A stretch of DNA of 44,092 nt from Halieaceae bacterium (GTDB lineage: Bacteria; Pseudomonadota; Gammaproteobacteria; Pseudomonadales; Halieaceae), in NCBI GenBank assembly GCA_002683395.1, contig NYTG01000087.1:1-44092 (forward strand), in the 5' to 3' direction. The position numbers and the translations under genes are program-made. Shown here piece after piece: positions 18,915 to 28,803 of the stretch. Numbering within the stretch: the stretch's first letter is position 1; each line of letters opens with the position of its first letter. The notes under the pieces are model-generated. The model did not search any database. It was not told where the DNA came from and saw only the letters and a list, made by a program, of their open reading frames with translations.

Positions 18915-18950
18915 TGGCTAAGGTTTGTTCGCTCCGCCAGACTTGTGTAG

Positions 18951-19463
<513 letters not shown>

Positions 19464-19503
19464 GGTCGGCTCAGTGGGCGCAGGTTAAGCGCTTTATTGA
19501 ACA

Positions 19504-20313
19504 TTAACGCTGACACCGCGGACACAGAATCGTACTGCGCCCCCCCTGCCGAATTTCTTTGAGCGGAGTGCGGCACACCCTGCAGGGCTGACCCTCACGA
19601 CCATATACCCGAAGCTGCTGGGCAAAATAACCCGGCGACCCATCCCCTCCCACAAAATCTCTGAGCGTGGTGCCGCCCTGCTCAATCGCATCAGCAAGTA
19701 CCTGCTTGATGGTGCCGGCCAATATGTCATATCGCGCTTCGGCGATGCGGCCGGCTGCGCGGGCAGGGTGGATACCGGCCATAAACAGCGCTTCATTGGC
19801 GTAGATATTGCCCACTCCTACGACGACTTTACCGTCCATAATGAATTGCTTGACGGGAATGCGTCGCCGACGAGACCGCTCGTACAAATACGCACCGGAA
19901 AAACTGTCAGAAAGGGGTTCCGGGCCGAGGTGGTCAAGAAGGGGATGCTGAAGCGACTGCAGCCAGTGAAAGCTGCCAAAGCGCCGAGGATCGTGATAAC
20001 GAAGGCAAAGCTCGTTATCGAGCACGATATCGATGTGGTCGTGATAAAGCGGGGGCGTGTCGGCGGGCATAATTCTTAAGCTTCCAGACATGCCAAGATG
20101 CACCATCAGTGTGCCGCGCTCTGTTTCAAGAAGCAGATATTTAGCTCGGCGCCCCACTGAGAAAAAACGAGCCCCAGAGAGCAGGTGATCTAGTTTGCGG
20201 GGGACAGGCCAACGCAGGCGTGACTCCCTGACAATGACCTCGCGAACAGTGCGCTGCATGATGTGCGGAGCGATACCGCGGCAGGTGGTTTCGACTTCAG
20301 GCAGTTCTGGCAT
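19504..20313 (-). CDS. mutM: Formamidopyrimidine-DNA glycosylase / AP lyase
   Basis: [10 protein letters not shown]-terminus fixes the start at 20313; [21 protein letters not shown] and a C-terminal CxxC...CxxC zinc finger. Confidence 0.97.
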   Translation of the reverse strand: MPELPEVETTCRGIAPHIMQRTVREVIVRESRLRWPVPRKLDHLLSGARFFSVGRRAKYLLLETERGTLMVHLGMSGSLRIMPADTPPLYHDHIDIVLDNELCLRYHDPRRFGSFHWLQSLQHPLLDHLGPEPLSDSFSGAYLYERSRRRRIPVKQFIMDGKVVVGVGNIYANEALFMAGIHPARAAGRIAEARYDILAGTIKQVLADAIEQGGTTLRDFVGGDGSPGYFAQQLRVYGREGQPCRVCRTPLKEIRQGGRSTILCPRCQR

Positions 20314-20410
20314 ACAGGTCGGCACGCAGTCGCTGGAGAGATTCACGTTGCCAGTATCGGACCATAAAGTGACCCGAGAGACCAGCTGATCCAAGAATCT
20401 TCGACAGAAA

Positions 20411-20438
20411 TAAAAACCCCGGCAGACAGCCGGGGTTT
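20411..20438 (-). terminator. Intrinsic terminator of rpmB-rpmG
   Basis: Stem AAACCCCGGC-AGACA-GCCGGGGTTT followed by a U-tract on the minus strand, 23 nt after the rpmG stop. Confidence 0.88.
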
Positions 20439-20461
20439 CGCGATGAAGTATCTGATCAAGC

Positions 20462-20617
20462 TTACTTGATCTTGGCCTCTTTATAGATCACATGCTTGCG
20501 GGCCACCGGATCGTACTTTTTCATCTCAAGCTTGTCAGGCATGGTCCGCTTATTCTTGTCGGTAGTATAAAAGTGGCCGGTGCCAGCTGTTGAATTCATT
20601 CTGATCTTTTCACGCAT
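20462..20617 (-). CDS. rpmG: 50S ribosomal protein L33 (not in the ORF track; 51 aa, no Zn-ribbon cysteines)
   Basis: Manual translation [51 protein letters not shown]; GAGGA SD; directly after rpmB. Confidence 0.97.
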   Translation of the reverse strand: MREKIRMNSTAGTGHFYTTDKNKRTMPDKLEMKKYDPVARKHVIYKEAKIK

Positions 20618-20627
20618 CGTTCAATCC

Positions 20628-20864
20628 TCAGACTTTCTCGCCGCGGGCGCGGAGCTCTTCAAGTACCGTTTCGATACCCCGCTTGTCGATAATTCGCATG
20701 CCCTTGGACGAAACCCGCAGTGACACAAAGCGCTTCTCTGCTTCGACCCAGAAACGATGATTATGCAAATTGGGCAAGAAACGGCGCTTGGTGCGATTCT
20801 TGGCGTGCGAGACATTATTTCCGGTTGCGGGTCGCTTACCCGTAACCTGACAGACACGTGACAT
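20628..20864 (-). CDS. rpmB: 50S ribosomal protein L28
   Basis: [30 protein letters not shown]. Confidence 0.98.
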   Translation of the reverse strand: MSRVCQVTGKRPATGNNVSHAKNRTKRRFLPNLHNHRFWVEAEKRFVSLRVSSKGMRIIDKRGIETVLEELRARGEKV

Positions 20865-20897
20865 GGGAATCCCCATCGACAGCTACAAAGGGCGCGT

Positions 20898-20926
20898 TTT
20901 ATACCAGAGGGGCACTGGCCGCGCAA
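20898..20926 (-). promoter_or_regulatory. sigma70 promoter of rpmBG with GC-rich discriminator
   Basis: Minus strand TTGCGC-17nt-TATAAA with extended TG, followed by ACGCGCC. This layout is typical of stringently controlled r-protein promoters. Confidence 0.65.
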
Positions 20927-21013
20927 GCGAGGTCAGGCCTCGATAGTGCCAAGTGTGCAAAAACCCCTGCAAATGCTAGGGTGCGGTCGAATCGCTTTCG
21001 GGTATGAAGACCT

Positions 21014-22216
21014 ATGAGCCAGTTAAACCAGCGCCACATTCTGGTGGCGATCTCTGGGGGCATCGCGGCCTACAAGGGCGCAGAGCTGGTGCGGCTGCTC
21101 AAAAAGCAGGGCGCAGTGGTGCGCGTAGTGCTCTCGAGAGGCGCTACCGAGTTCATTACGCCTCTCACCCTGCAGGCGCTTTCTGGTGAGCCAACGCACA
21201 CGGAACTCCTCGATGAGGCGGCAGAAGCAGGCATGGGCCACATTGAGCTGGCGCGTTGGGCTGACCTGATGATCATTGCGCCTGCAACGGCGGATGTATT
21301 GGCGCGGCTAGCTCAGGGTAGGGCCGACGATCTGCTGACGACGGTTGCCCTAGCGACCCCCGCTCCCGTTGCGGTCGCGCCTGCTATGAACCAACAAATG
21401 TGGAGCCATGCCGCCACACAGGAAAATGTGCAATTGCTCGCCTCGCGAAATATCCAGATCATTGGCCCCGACGCCGGGGAACAGGCCTGCGGCGACGTTG
21501 GCCCCGGACGGCTTCTGGAGCCTGACGGGATCGTGGCGGCCCTGAACCAGCGTTTTGAAAACCGCCAACTCGAAGGCAAGCGCGTCATCATTACGGCCGG
21601 TCCGACACTGGAGGCGATTGATCCCGTGAGATACCTGAGCAACCACAGCTCAGGGAAAATGGGGTACGCACTGGCGGGCGCCTGTGCCGCAGCCGGGGCG
21701 CAAGTCGCACTGATTTCGGGACCTGTGCAGCTGGCGCCGCCGGACCGTGTTTCGATGCATCCAGTGACCTCGGCCGAGGAGATGTGTGCAGCGGCGCTGA
21801 GCCTCGCTGAGGGTGCAGACCTATTCATCGGCGCAGCTGCCGTGGCGGATTACCGGCCTGAATCTCCTGCGTCGACCAAGCTTAAGAAACAAAGCGGGGG
21901 ACCGCTCACCCTCACACTGGTGGAGAATCCCGACATCATTGCCCAGGTGACACAACTGCCTAACCGTCCTGCCCTCGTCGCCGGGTTCGCGGCTGAGACG
22001 ACGTCGGTGCTCGTCCACGCCCGTGAAAAAAGAGTGCGCAAAGGTCTCGATATGATCATTGCCAATGACGTAGCTGACCCGCAAACCACGTTTGGATCGG
22101 AGCAAAATGCGGTGCACCTCATCACCGAAGCGGGAGAGCGCAGTCTGCCGCTGGCCAGCAAGCGCGTTATCGCAGAACAAATTATCAGTGCATTGGCAGC
22201 GCAACTGCCGCACTGA
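21014..22216 (+). CDS. coaBC: Bifunctional phosphopantothenoylcysteine decarboxylase / synthetase
   Basis: SGGIAAYK, HIELARWAD, APAMN, ACGDVGPGRL, TAGPT.E.IDPVRY.SNHSSGKMG and GFAAET motifs. Confidence 0.97.
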   Translation: MSQLNQRHILVAISGGIAAYKGAELVRLLKKQGAVVRVVLSRGATEFITPLTLQALSGEPTHTELLDEAAEAGMGHIELARWADLMIIAPATADVLARLAQGRADDLLTTVALATPAPVAVAPAMNQQMWSHAATQENVQLLASRNIQIIGPDAGEQACGDVGPGRLLEPDGIVAALNQRFENRQLEGKRVIITAGPTLEAIDPVRYLSNHSSGKMGYALAGACAAAGAQVALISGPVQLAPPDRVSMHPVTSAEEMCAAALSLAEGADLFIGAAAVADYRPESPASTKLKKQSGGPLTLTLVENPDIIAQVTQLPNRPALVAGFAAETTSVLVHAREKRVRKGLDMIIANDVADPQTTFGSEQNAVHLITEAGERSLPLASKRVIAEQIISALAAQLPH

Positions 22217-22320
22217 TCCCAATCCATATCTCAGTCTGAACTTCAGCCTGATCCCCGCAGTGCGCTCTGCGGCATCTTCACATTGCCTTTGAGCGTCTGC
22301 CGGCTCATGCTTTCGTCTGA

Positions 22321-23226
<906 letters not shown>

Positions 23227-23291
23227 GTGCAGTTTGCGCCGCGCTGCGTGTCTGATTAGCATCAGCGGATATTCGGGAAAATAGGAAGCCC

Positions 23292-23912
23292 ATGCCCGAC
23301 AGAGCTACCACGACAACCCAGCACCGCAAACAGCAGATTCTTGAGGTGCTGGCGAAAATGCTTGAGGAAGCGCCGGACACCCGCATCACCACGGCGAGGT
23401 TGGCGGCTTCGGTCGGTGTCTCCGAAGCCGCGCTGTATCGGCACTTCCCCTCCAAGAGCAAAATGTTTGAAGCGCTGCTGAGCTTCGCGGAGGAGACGCT
23501 ATTTGCACGCATCGGGCGCCTGTCCAGCGAGCAGGTGGGCGCTTTAAGTCAGTGTCAGGGGCTGTTGCGACTGTATCTCGAGTTCTGTGAACGCAATCCG
23601 GGCATCACGCGTTTACTGACTGGCAGAGCCCTCACCGGGGAGCCCCGTCGACTCCACCAGCAGGTCGCACAACTTTACGAACGGCTCGAAACTCAGCTAA
23701 AGCAGTACTTACGGGAAGCAGAATTGCGGGAAGGACTGCGGCCACGGTTACCGGTAGCCACCACCGCCAATCTGATCATGGCATCAGCAGAAGGCAGAGT
23801 GACCCAATTTTGCCGCAGTGATTTTAGGCGACACCCCACAGAAGACTGGGCCGATCAATGGAGCGTGTTAGCGGAGGGGCTGATGCAGCCTGTCTTGACC
23901 GCCTCACCCTAG
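23292..23912 (+). CDS. slmA: Nucleoid occlusion factor SlmA (TetR family)
   Basis: RKQQIL..LA.MLE, ITTARLA..VGVSEAALYRHFPSK..MFE and NPGITRLL motifs; between coaBC and pyrE. Confidence 0.9.
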   Translation: MPDRATTTTQHRKQQILEVLAKMLEEAPDTRITTARLAASVGVSEAALYRHFPSKSKMFEALLSFAEETLFARIGRLSSEQVGALSQCQGLLRLYLEFCERNPGITRLLTGRALTGEPRRLHQQVAQLYERLETQLKQYLREAELREGLRPRLPVATTANLIMASAEGRVTQFCRSDFRRHPTEDWADQWSVLAEGLMQPVLTASP

Positions 23913-24571
23913 CGCGTGGCGGGTGCGGCACCCATCTGGCGCCGCAGTAACACGACTTCTTCAAGCTGACTAAAGCGGGCTATGTCGCGACCGTAAGCCT
24001 CTGCCACTGCAGCGACCTGCTGTTGTCTGCCCTTTGAGGCGTCATCGAGGCTCTGAATCTCTGCCTTTAGGGCGGCCACCGTATCTTGTCCGTATTGAGT
24101 CGCCTCTTCGTCCAGCTGCGCACGCGCCGCGAGCGCGTCCTCGTGACGGGCAAGCTGCTGGGACAGCGTCTCCCGCTGGCTGCTGAGAATGGCGATACGA
24201 ATGTCCAGCTCACGCAGCGAGCGGTCACGAGCGGCTTCAATGTCCTGAACGGTACTGTAACGCCGCAGGAGAAAGGTATCTCGCTCCAACTGTGCCGCCT
24301 CGGCCGCCGTGTCAGCCGCACGAGACCTCGCCGCTGCCGCGTCTTGCTCGAGTTCAGTTGCGGTCTTGGCGGGCGGAACCACGCTCACCACCTGACCGGA
24401 CTCATTCAATATTTCGTATCCATTGCTCACATAAGCCGCCGGCATTGCCCAGTCGACAACGGTAACACCCGCATCATTTTGGTAGCGATACAGCTCGGCA
24501 GATAGCGTGTTGGACGTCCACAACAGAAGCGTCAGCAGCGCCACGGCGCCGCATGACCTATGCCACGCCAT
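23909..24571 (-). CDS. Exported coiled-coil protein, DUF4124-like
   Basis: Signal peptide, then [31 protein letters not shown] and a long helical region. Start ATG 24571 overlaps the pyrE end. Confidence 0.7.
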   Translation of the reverse strand: MAWHRSCGAVALLTLLLWTSNTLSAELYRYQNDAGVTVVDWAMPAAYVSNGYEILNESGQVVSVVPPAKTATELEQDAAAARSRAADTAAEAAQLERDTFLLRRYSTVQDIEAARDRSLRELDIRIAILSSQRETLSQQLARHEDALAARAQLDEEATQYGQDTVAALKAEIQSLDDASKGRQQQVAAVAEAYGRDIARFSQLEEVVLLRRQMGAAPATR

Positions 24572-25214
24572 ATTGCTCTCGGTATCCCTCCAGCGCCTTT
24601 CGGTAAGGCGCCATCTTGGGGTTGCTCTCGACCCAGGCGATAATGTCATGGAGTGACACCACACTCACCACCTGAAGCCCCCAGTCTCGCTCCACCTGCT
24701 GCACTGCGGAGCGCTCGCCATCGCCTCGCTCACATCGATCCAGACCGATCAGGACGCCACTCCCTCGAGCACCTGCTTCATTCAGAATGGCCATGGATTC
24801 ACGAATGGCCGTACCCGCAGTCATCACGTCATCGACCACCACGACATCGCCGGCGAGCGGCGCACCCACAATACTGCCTCCCTCGCCGTGGGTTTTGGCT
24901 TCTTTGCGATTAAAGGCAAAGGGCAGATCAATGCCGTGTTCATCTGACAGCGCCATGGCCGTGGTGGCCACCAGAGGAATGCCCTTATAAGCAGGGCCGA
25001 AAAGCATATCTGTGGGTAGGCCCGACTCCCGCAGCGCAGCGGCATAACAACGACCCAGCCGCGCGAGGGCCGCGCCAGTGGAGAATTTCCCCGCGTTAAA
25101 AAAGTAGGGGCTGATACGCCCTGACTTGAGCTCAAATTCACCGAATTGCAACACGTTGCATTCCAATGCCAATTCGATGAACTCTTGGCGGTAACCCTTC
25201 CCGGTGGTCTTCAC
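24558..25214 (-). CDS. pyrE: Orotate phosphoribosyltransferase
   Basis: [37 protein letters not shown] and [10 protein letters not shown] motifs. Confidence 0.98.
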   Translation of the reverse strand: MKTTGKGYRQEFIELALECNVLQFGEFELKSGRISPYFFNAGKFSTGAALARLGRCYAAALRESGLPTDMLFGPAYKGIPLVATTAMALSDEHGIDLPFAFNRKEAKTHGEGGSIVGAPLAGDVVVVDDVMTAGTAIRESMAILNEAGARGSGVLIGLDRCERGDGERSAVQQVERDWGLQVVSVVSLHDIIAWVESNPKMAPYRKALEGYREQYGVA

Positions 25215-25335
25215 ACCTTACTCCCTGGCGTTTTTGCGACATCCCTGCGACCAAAAGTCCTGAATTCAGGTCAGAGCAGAGTCTGGCCGCACCGTTTAAA
25301 CGTATCATATGGGAACTGATCAACTAGGACTAGCA

Positions 25336-26097
25336 ATGAGGGTCATCAGCCTCGTCGTTGAGGGGTTAGAACGGGCAGCCGAAACAGGGTGCCTGACCTG
25401 GCTGTTCGCACAAGACGCAGATATCATTTGTTTGCAAGATACCCGGTGCGCGGAGCACAGTCTTAAAGGGCAACGCTTCTTTCCCGATCATTACCACCCC
25501 TACTTTCTGGATCATTACGACAACCCTCTTACGAACGGAGTCGCGATCTACTGTAAACGTCTCCCCAAAGCCATTATTTTGGGACTGGGGTTTGACGAGT
25601 TCGACGCTCAGGGTCTTTACATCCAAGCCGATTTTGAAGAGATCAGTGTCGGGTCGGTATTGGTGCCCTCAGGTGTAGAGGGGCCGAAGGCCATGGAAAA
25701 CAAGCTGAACTTTCTCTCAAGGCTGAGCGGCCATCTTGAAAAAGTGCGTCACAAACGTCGCGGTTACATCCTCTGCGGCGGCTGGGAGCTAATGGCGCAT
25801 CATGCTGATGCCGAAGAAGCCGGCAACAGCAGTGCGCTCCCGGGATTATCAGCCTCGGAGCGCGGCTGGATGCTGGACCTCTACGATGGTGGCTATGCCG
25901 ACGCCTACGCGTTGGCGGATAACGAGCCGGGCACCTACACCTGGTGGCCAAACGGTGACGATGCCGGTGGCGTGCGCACCGACACGCAGATTATTTCAGA
26001 GCTGCTGGTTAGCTCTGTTGAGCGCGGTTCCGTCTACGACGAGCAGGCCTTTTCTCATCACGCTCCTGTCGTCATGGACTATGATCTGAACCTTTAA
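25336..26097 (+). CDS. crc: Crc-like catabolite repression control protein (degenerate exonuclease III / EEP fold)
   Basis: [38 protein letters not shown] and FSHHAP match Pseudomonas Crc style. Lies between pyrE and rph. ExoIII catalytic residues are replaced. Confidence 0.8.
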   Translation: MRVISLVVEGLERAAETGCLTWLFAQDADIICLQDTRCAEHSLKGQRFFPDHYHPYFLDHYDNPLTNGVAIYCKRLPKAIILGLGFDEFDAQGLYIQADFEEISVGSVLVPSGVEGPKAMENKLNFLSRLSGHLEKVRHKRRGYILCGGWELMAHHADAEEAGNSSALPGLSASERGWMLDLYDGGYADAYALADNEPGTYTWWPNGDDAGGVRTDTQIISELLVSSVERGSVYDEQAFSHHAPVVMDYDLNL

Positions 26098-26828
26098 CCA
26101 ACGCTCAATGCCGCACGCTGCGCCGTCGTAATAGCCGCGCTGGCAGAAGAGGCCAATGTCAACAATCCGGTCAGCTCTTCCTGGGTGAAAGTGGCGCCTT
26201 CCGCAGTGCCCTGCACCTCGATCAACCCACCGTGCTCGGTCATGACGACATTCATGTCGCTATCGGCTCTGGAGTCCTCGGCATAATCGAGATCCACTAC
26301 GGGCAGCCCCCTCCAAACGCCAACCGACACCGCAGAAATCAGATGCCGGAGCGGATCTGAATCCAGGTCACCAGACCGCTGCAAGCCATTGAGTGCATCG
26401 ACCACCGCCACGCAGGCACCTGAAATGGCCGCTGTGCGGGTTCCACCGTCTGCCTGAATTACGTCGCAGTCTACGATCAGCGTGCGCTCCCCCAGTAACT
26501 TCAGGTCCAGCGCCGCGCGCAACGATCGGCCGATCAACCGCTGAATTTCAACGGTCCTGCCACTCTGCTTGCCACGCGCCGCCTCGCGATCCATGCGCGA
26601 TCCCGTCGAGCGCGGCAACATTCCGTATTCGGCCGTCAACCAACCCTCCCCTTTACCGCGTAAAAACCCAGGCACTCCGGCATTGATGCTGGCGGTACAA
26701 ATGACCTTAGTTTGTCCGAACGAAACCAGTACCGAACCCTCGGCATGGCAGGTGTAACCTCGTTCAAAGTGGATGGGTCGCATTGCCTCTGGGGCGCGAC
26801 CGCTAGGCCGTTCGGGTGTTGTCTCCAT
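26094..26828 (-). CDS. rph: Ribonuclease PH
   Basis: [42 protein letters not shown] and EVQGTAE motifs. Confidence 0.98.
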   Translation of the reverse strand: METTPERPSGRAPEAMRPIHFERGYTCHAEGSVLVSFGQTKVICTASINAGVPGFLRGKGEGWLTAEYGMLPRSTGSRMDREAARGKQSGRTVEIQRLIGRSLRAALDLKLLGERTLIVDCDVIQADGGTRTAAISGACVAVVDALNGLQRSGDLDSDPLRHLISAVSVGVWRGLPVVDLDYAEDSRADSDMNVVMTEHGGLIEVQGTAEGATFTQEELTGLLTLASSASAAITTAQRAALSVG

Positions 26829-26909
26829 TAAGGATCTCCTGCTGTGGAAGGACAGTCAGCCCGGGTCACTGCTGTTACAATTAACGTCGTTTTTCGCGGG
26901 GGAATAACG

Positions 26910-27773
26910 GTGACTCAGAGCATGACGGGCTTTGCCCGCGGCAGTGTAACAACGGGGGCCCTGACGGTCACGGTGGAGTGTCGCTCCGTCAATAACCGCT
27001 ATCTGGATCTTCAGTGTCGCATGCCCGATGCCTTGAGAAGCATCGAGAACGCGCTGCGCGAGCAAGCGGGTAAACACTTTTCGCGCGGCAAGCTTGAAAT
27101 GCTGATTCGGCTGTCTAACAGTGGTTCGAGCGCCCCCGCCGCCCTGAGCCACGAGCGTCTTAATGCACTGAAGTCGTCGCTGTCTGAGGTGGAAAAAGCC
27201 TTCCCCAACGCGCCAACGCCTGATTCTTTGGCGTTATTGCTGTCCCCGGGAGTGCTGGTCGAGGAGGAAACAGACCATGAGACGCTCCACGCTGCGACCC
27301 TTGATGCCACGAGGGCCTGTTTTGAAGACCTTCACCAACAGCGCCTGCAAGAAGGGGAAAAGCTGGCGGCCATGATTCGGCAGCGCTCAGACAGCATGCA
27401 TGAGCACCTCAAGGGCCTGCGTGAGCAACTTCCAGCACTGCAAACCGCTTATCAGCAGAGGCTGCTTGACCGATTGCAGGAGCTCGATATCGAGGCTGAA
27501 CCGGTTCGGCTGGAGGAGGAAATCGTTTATATACTGCAGCGTGCAGATGTCGAGGAGGAAATGGATCGTCTGGACGCCCATCTCGATGCAATTGAAACCG
27601 CCCTTGCCGGCAAAGCGCCCTGCGGCAGGCGGTTGGATTTTCTGATGCAGGAACTCAACCGCGAGGCCAATACGCTTGGCTCAAAGTCCACGGCACTGAG
27701 CACAACCAACACCTCAGTGGACTTCAAGGTATTGATCGAACAGATGCGCGAACAGATCCAGAATGTTGAGTAG
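26910..27773 (+). CDS. yicC: YicC/YloC family endoribonuclease
   Basis: SMTGF, RSVNNRYL, DVEEEMDRL, GRRLDFLMQELNREANT and EQMREQIQNVE motifs; GTG start with GGGGGA SD. Confidence 0.95.
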   Translation: MTQSMTGFARGSVTTGALTVTVECRSVNNRYLDLQCRMPDALRSIENALREQAGKHFSRGKLEMLIRLSNSGSSAPAALSHERLNALKSSLSEVEKAFPNAPTPDSLALLLSPGVLVEEETDHETLHAATLDATRACFEDLHQQRLQEGEKLAAMIRQRSDSMHEHLKGLREQLPALQTAYQQRLLDRLQELDIEAEPVRLEEEIVYILQRADVEEEMDRLDAHLDAIETALAGKAPCGRRLDFLMQELNREANTLGSKSTALSTTNTSVDFKVLIEQMREQIQNVE

Positions 27774-27782
27774 GTGCCGAGT

Positions 27783-28403
27783 GTGAATACAACAAGAGGA
27801 CAACTGCTGATTATTTCTGCGCCGAGTGGCGCGGGGAAAACGTCTCTCATCAAAGCCCTGGTGGAGCAGGACACCCGAGTTGAGGTGTCCGTGTCTCACA
27901 CCACCCGACCCAAGCGTCCCGGCGAAGCCGAGGGCATCAATTATTTTTTTGTCTCGACGGAAGCGTTTCACACAATGCGGGAAGCCGGGGCCTTTTTTGA
28001 GTCGGCTCAGGTATTCGGCCACTTTTATGGCACCAGCCTGGCCCAGCTGGAGTCACGCCTCGCTGAAGGCGCAGATGTGATTTTGGAAATTGATTGGCAA
28101 GGAGCGCAACAGGTGCAATCGCTTCTGCCTGATAGCGCCTGGTTATTTATTTTGCCGCCTTCCATCGATGCCCTCAAAGCGCGGCTACAGGCGAGGGGAC
28201 AGGACGCAGATGACACCATCGACATCAGGATGAATGCCGCCCGAGAAGAAATGTCGCATTGGGACGAGGCCAATTACCTCATTATCAATGACGATTTCGG
28301 CACGGCGCTGGGGGAATTACAAGCGCTGGTTCGGACGCTGCGGCTACGCACAGGGCAACAGCAGTCGACACTGCAAGACCTGATAGAAGATCTGTTAGCT
28401 TGA
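27783..28403 (+). CDS. gmk: Guanylate kinase
   Basis: SAPSGAGKTSL, SVSHTTR..RPGE..G..YFF and LEIDWQGA motifs. Alternative start 27774. Confidence 0.97.
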   Translation: MNTTRGQLLIISAPSGAGKTSLIKALVEQDTRVEVSVSHTTRPKRPGEAEGINYFFVSTEAFHTMREAGAFFESAQVFGHFYGTSLAQLESRLAEGADVILEIDWQGAQQVQSLLPDSAWLFILPPSIDALKARLQARGQDADDTIDIRMNAAREEMSHWDEANYLIINDDFGTALGELQALVRTLRLRTGQQQSTLQDLIEDLLA

Positions 28404-28474
28404 GCGCCCCGGATGGGGCTTAGGGTTAACGTCAAATTTACACTGTGAGCGCAGTGCAGAACCCTTTCCTACGC

Positions 28475-28490
28475 TATACTACGCGGCCGC
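28475..28490 (+). promoter_or_regulatory. Candidate -10 box with GC-rich discriminator for rpoZ-spoT
   Basis: TATACT followed by ACGCGGCCGC; no convincing -35. Confidence 0.35.
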
Positions 28491-28527
28491 GAGACGACGC
28501 GGTGAGAAATGAGGAGACTACGCTGTC

Positions 28528-28785
28528 ATGGCGAGAATTACTGTTGAAGACTGTCTGGACAATGTTGATAACCGCTTTGAGCTGGTGATGCTGGCTTCCA
28601 AGCGCGCGCGGCAAATGGCTACTGGCGGCCGCGACCCACTCGTTAACGACGAATCGGACAAGGCCACCGTCATCGCGCTGCGAGAAATTGCAGAGGGCTT
28701 AATCACCCCGGAAGTGCTCGCCCGCGAGAGCGAAATCGAAGCGGAAGAGGAACTGGCGGCCAGCTTCGAGACACCCATCCTCTAG
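28528..28785 (+). CDS. rpoZ: RNA polymerase omega subunit
   Basis: MARITVEDC...NRFELV..ASKRARQ...[12 protein letters not shown]; GAGGAG SD. Confidence 0.98.
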   Translation: MARITVEDCLDNVDNRFELVMLASKRARQMATGGRDPLVNDESDKATVIALREIAEGLITPEVLARESEIEAEEELAASFETPIL

Positions 28786-28803
28786 TTCTGGAAACCGCTG
28801 GCG

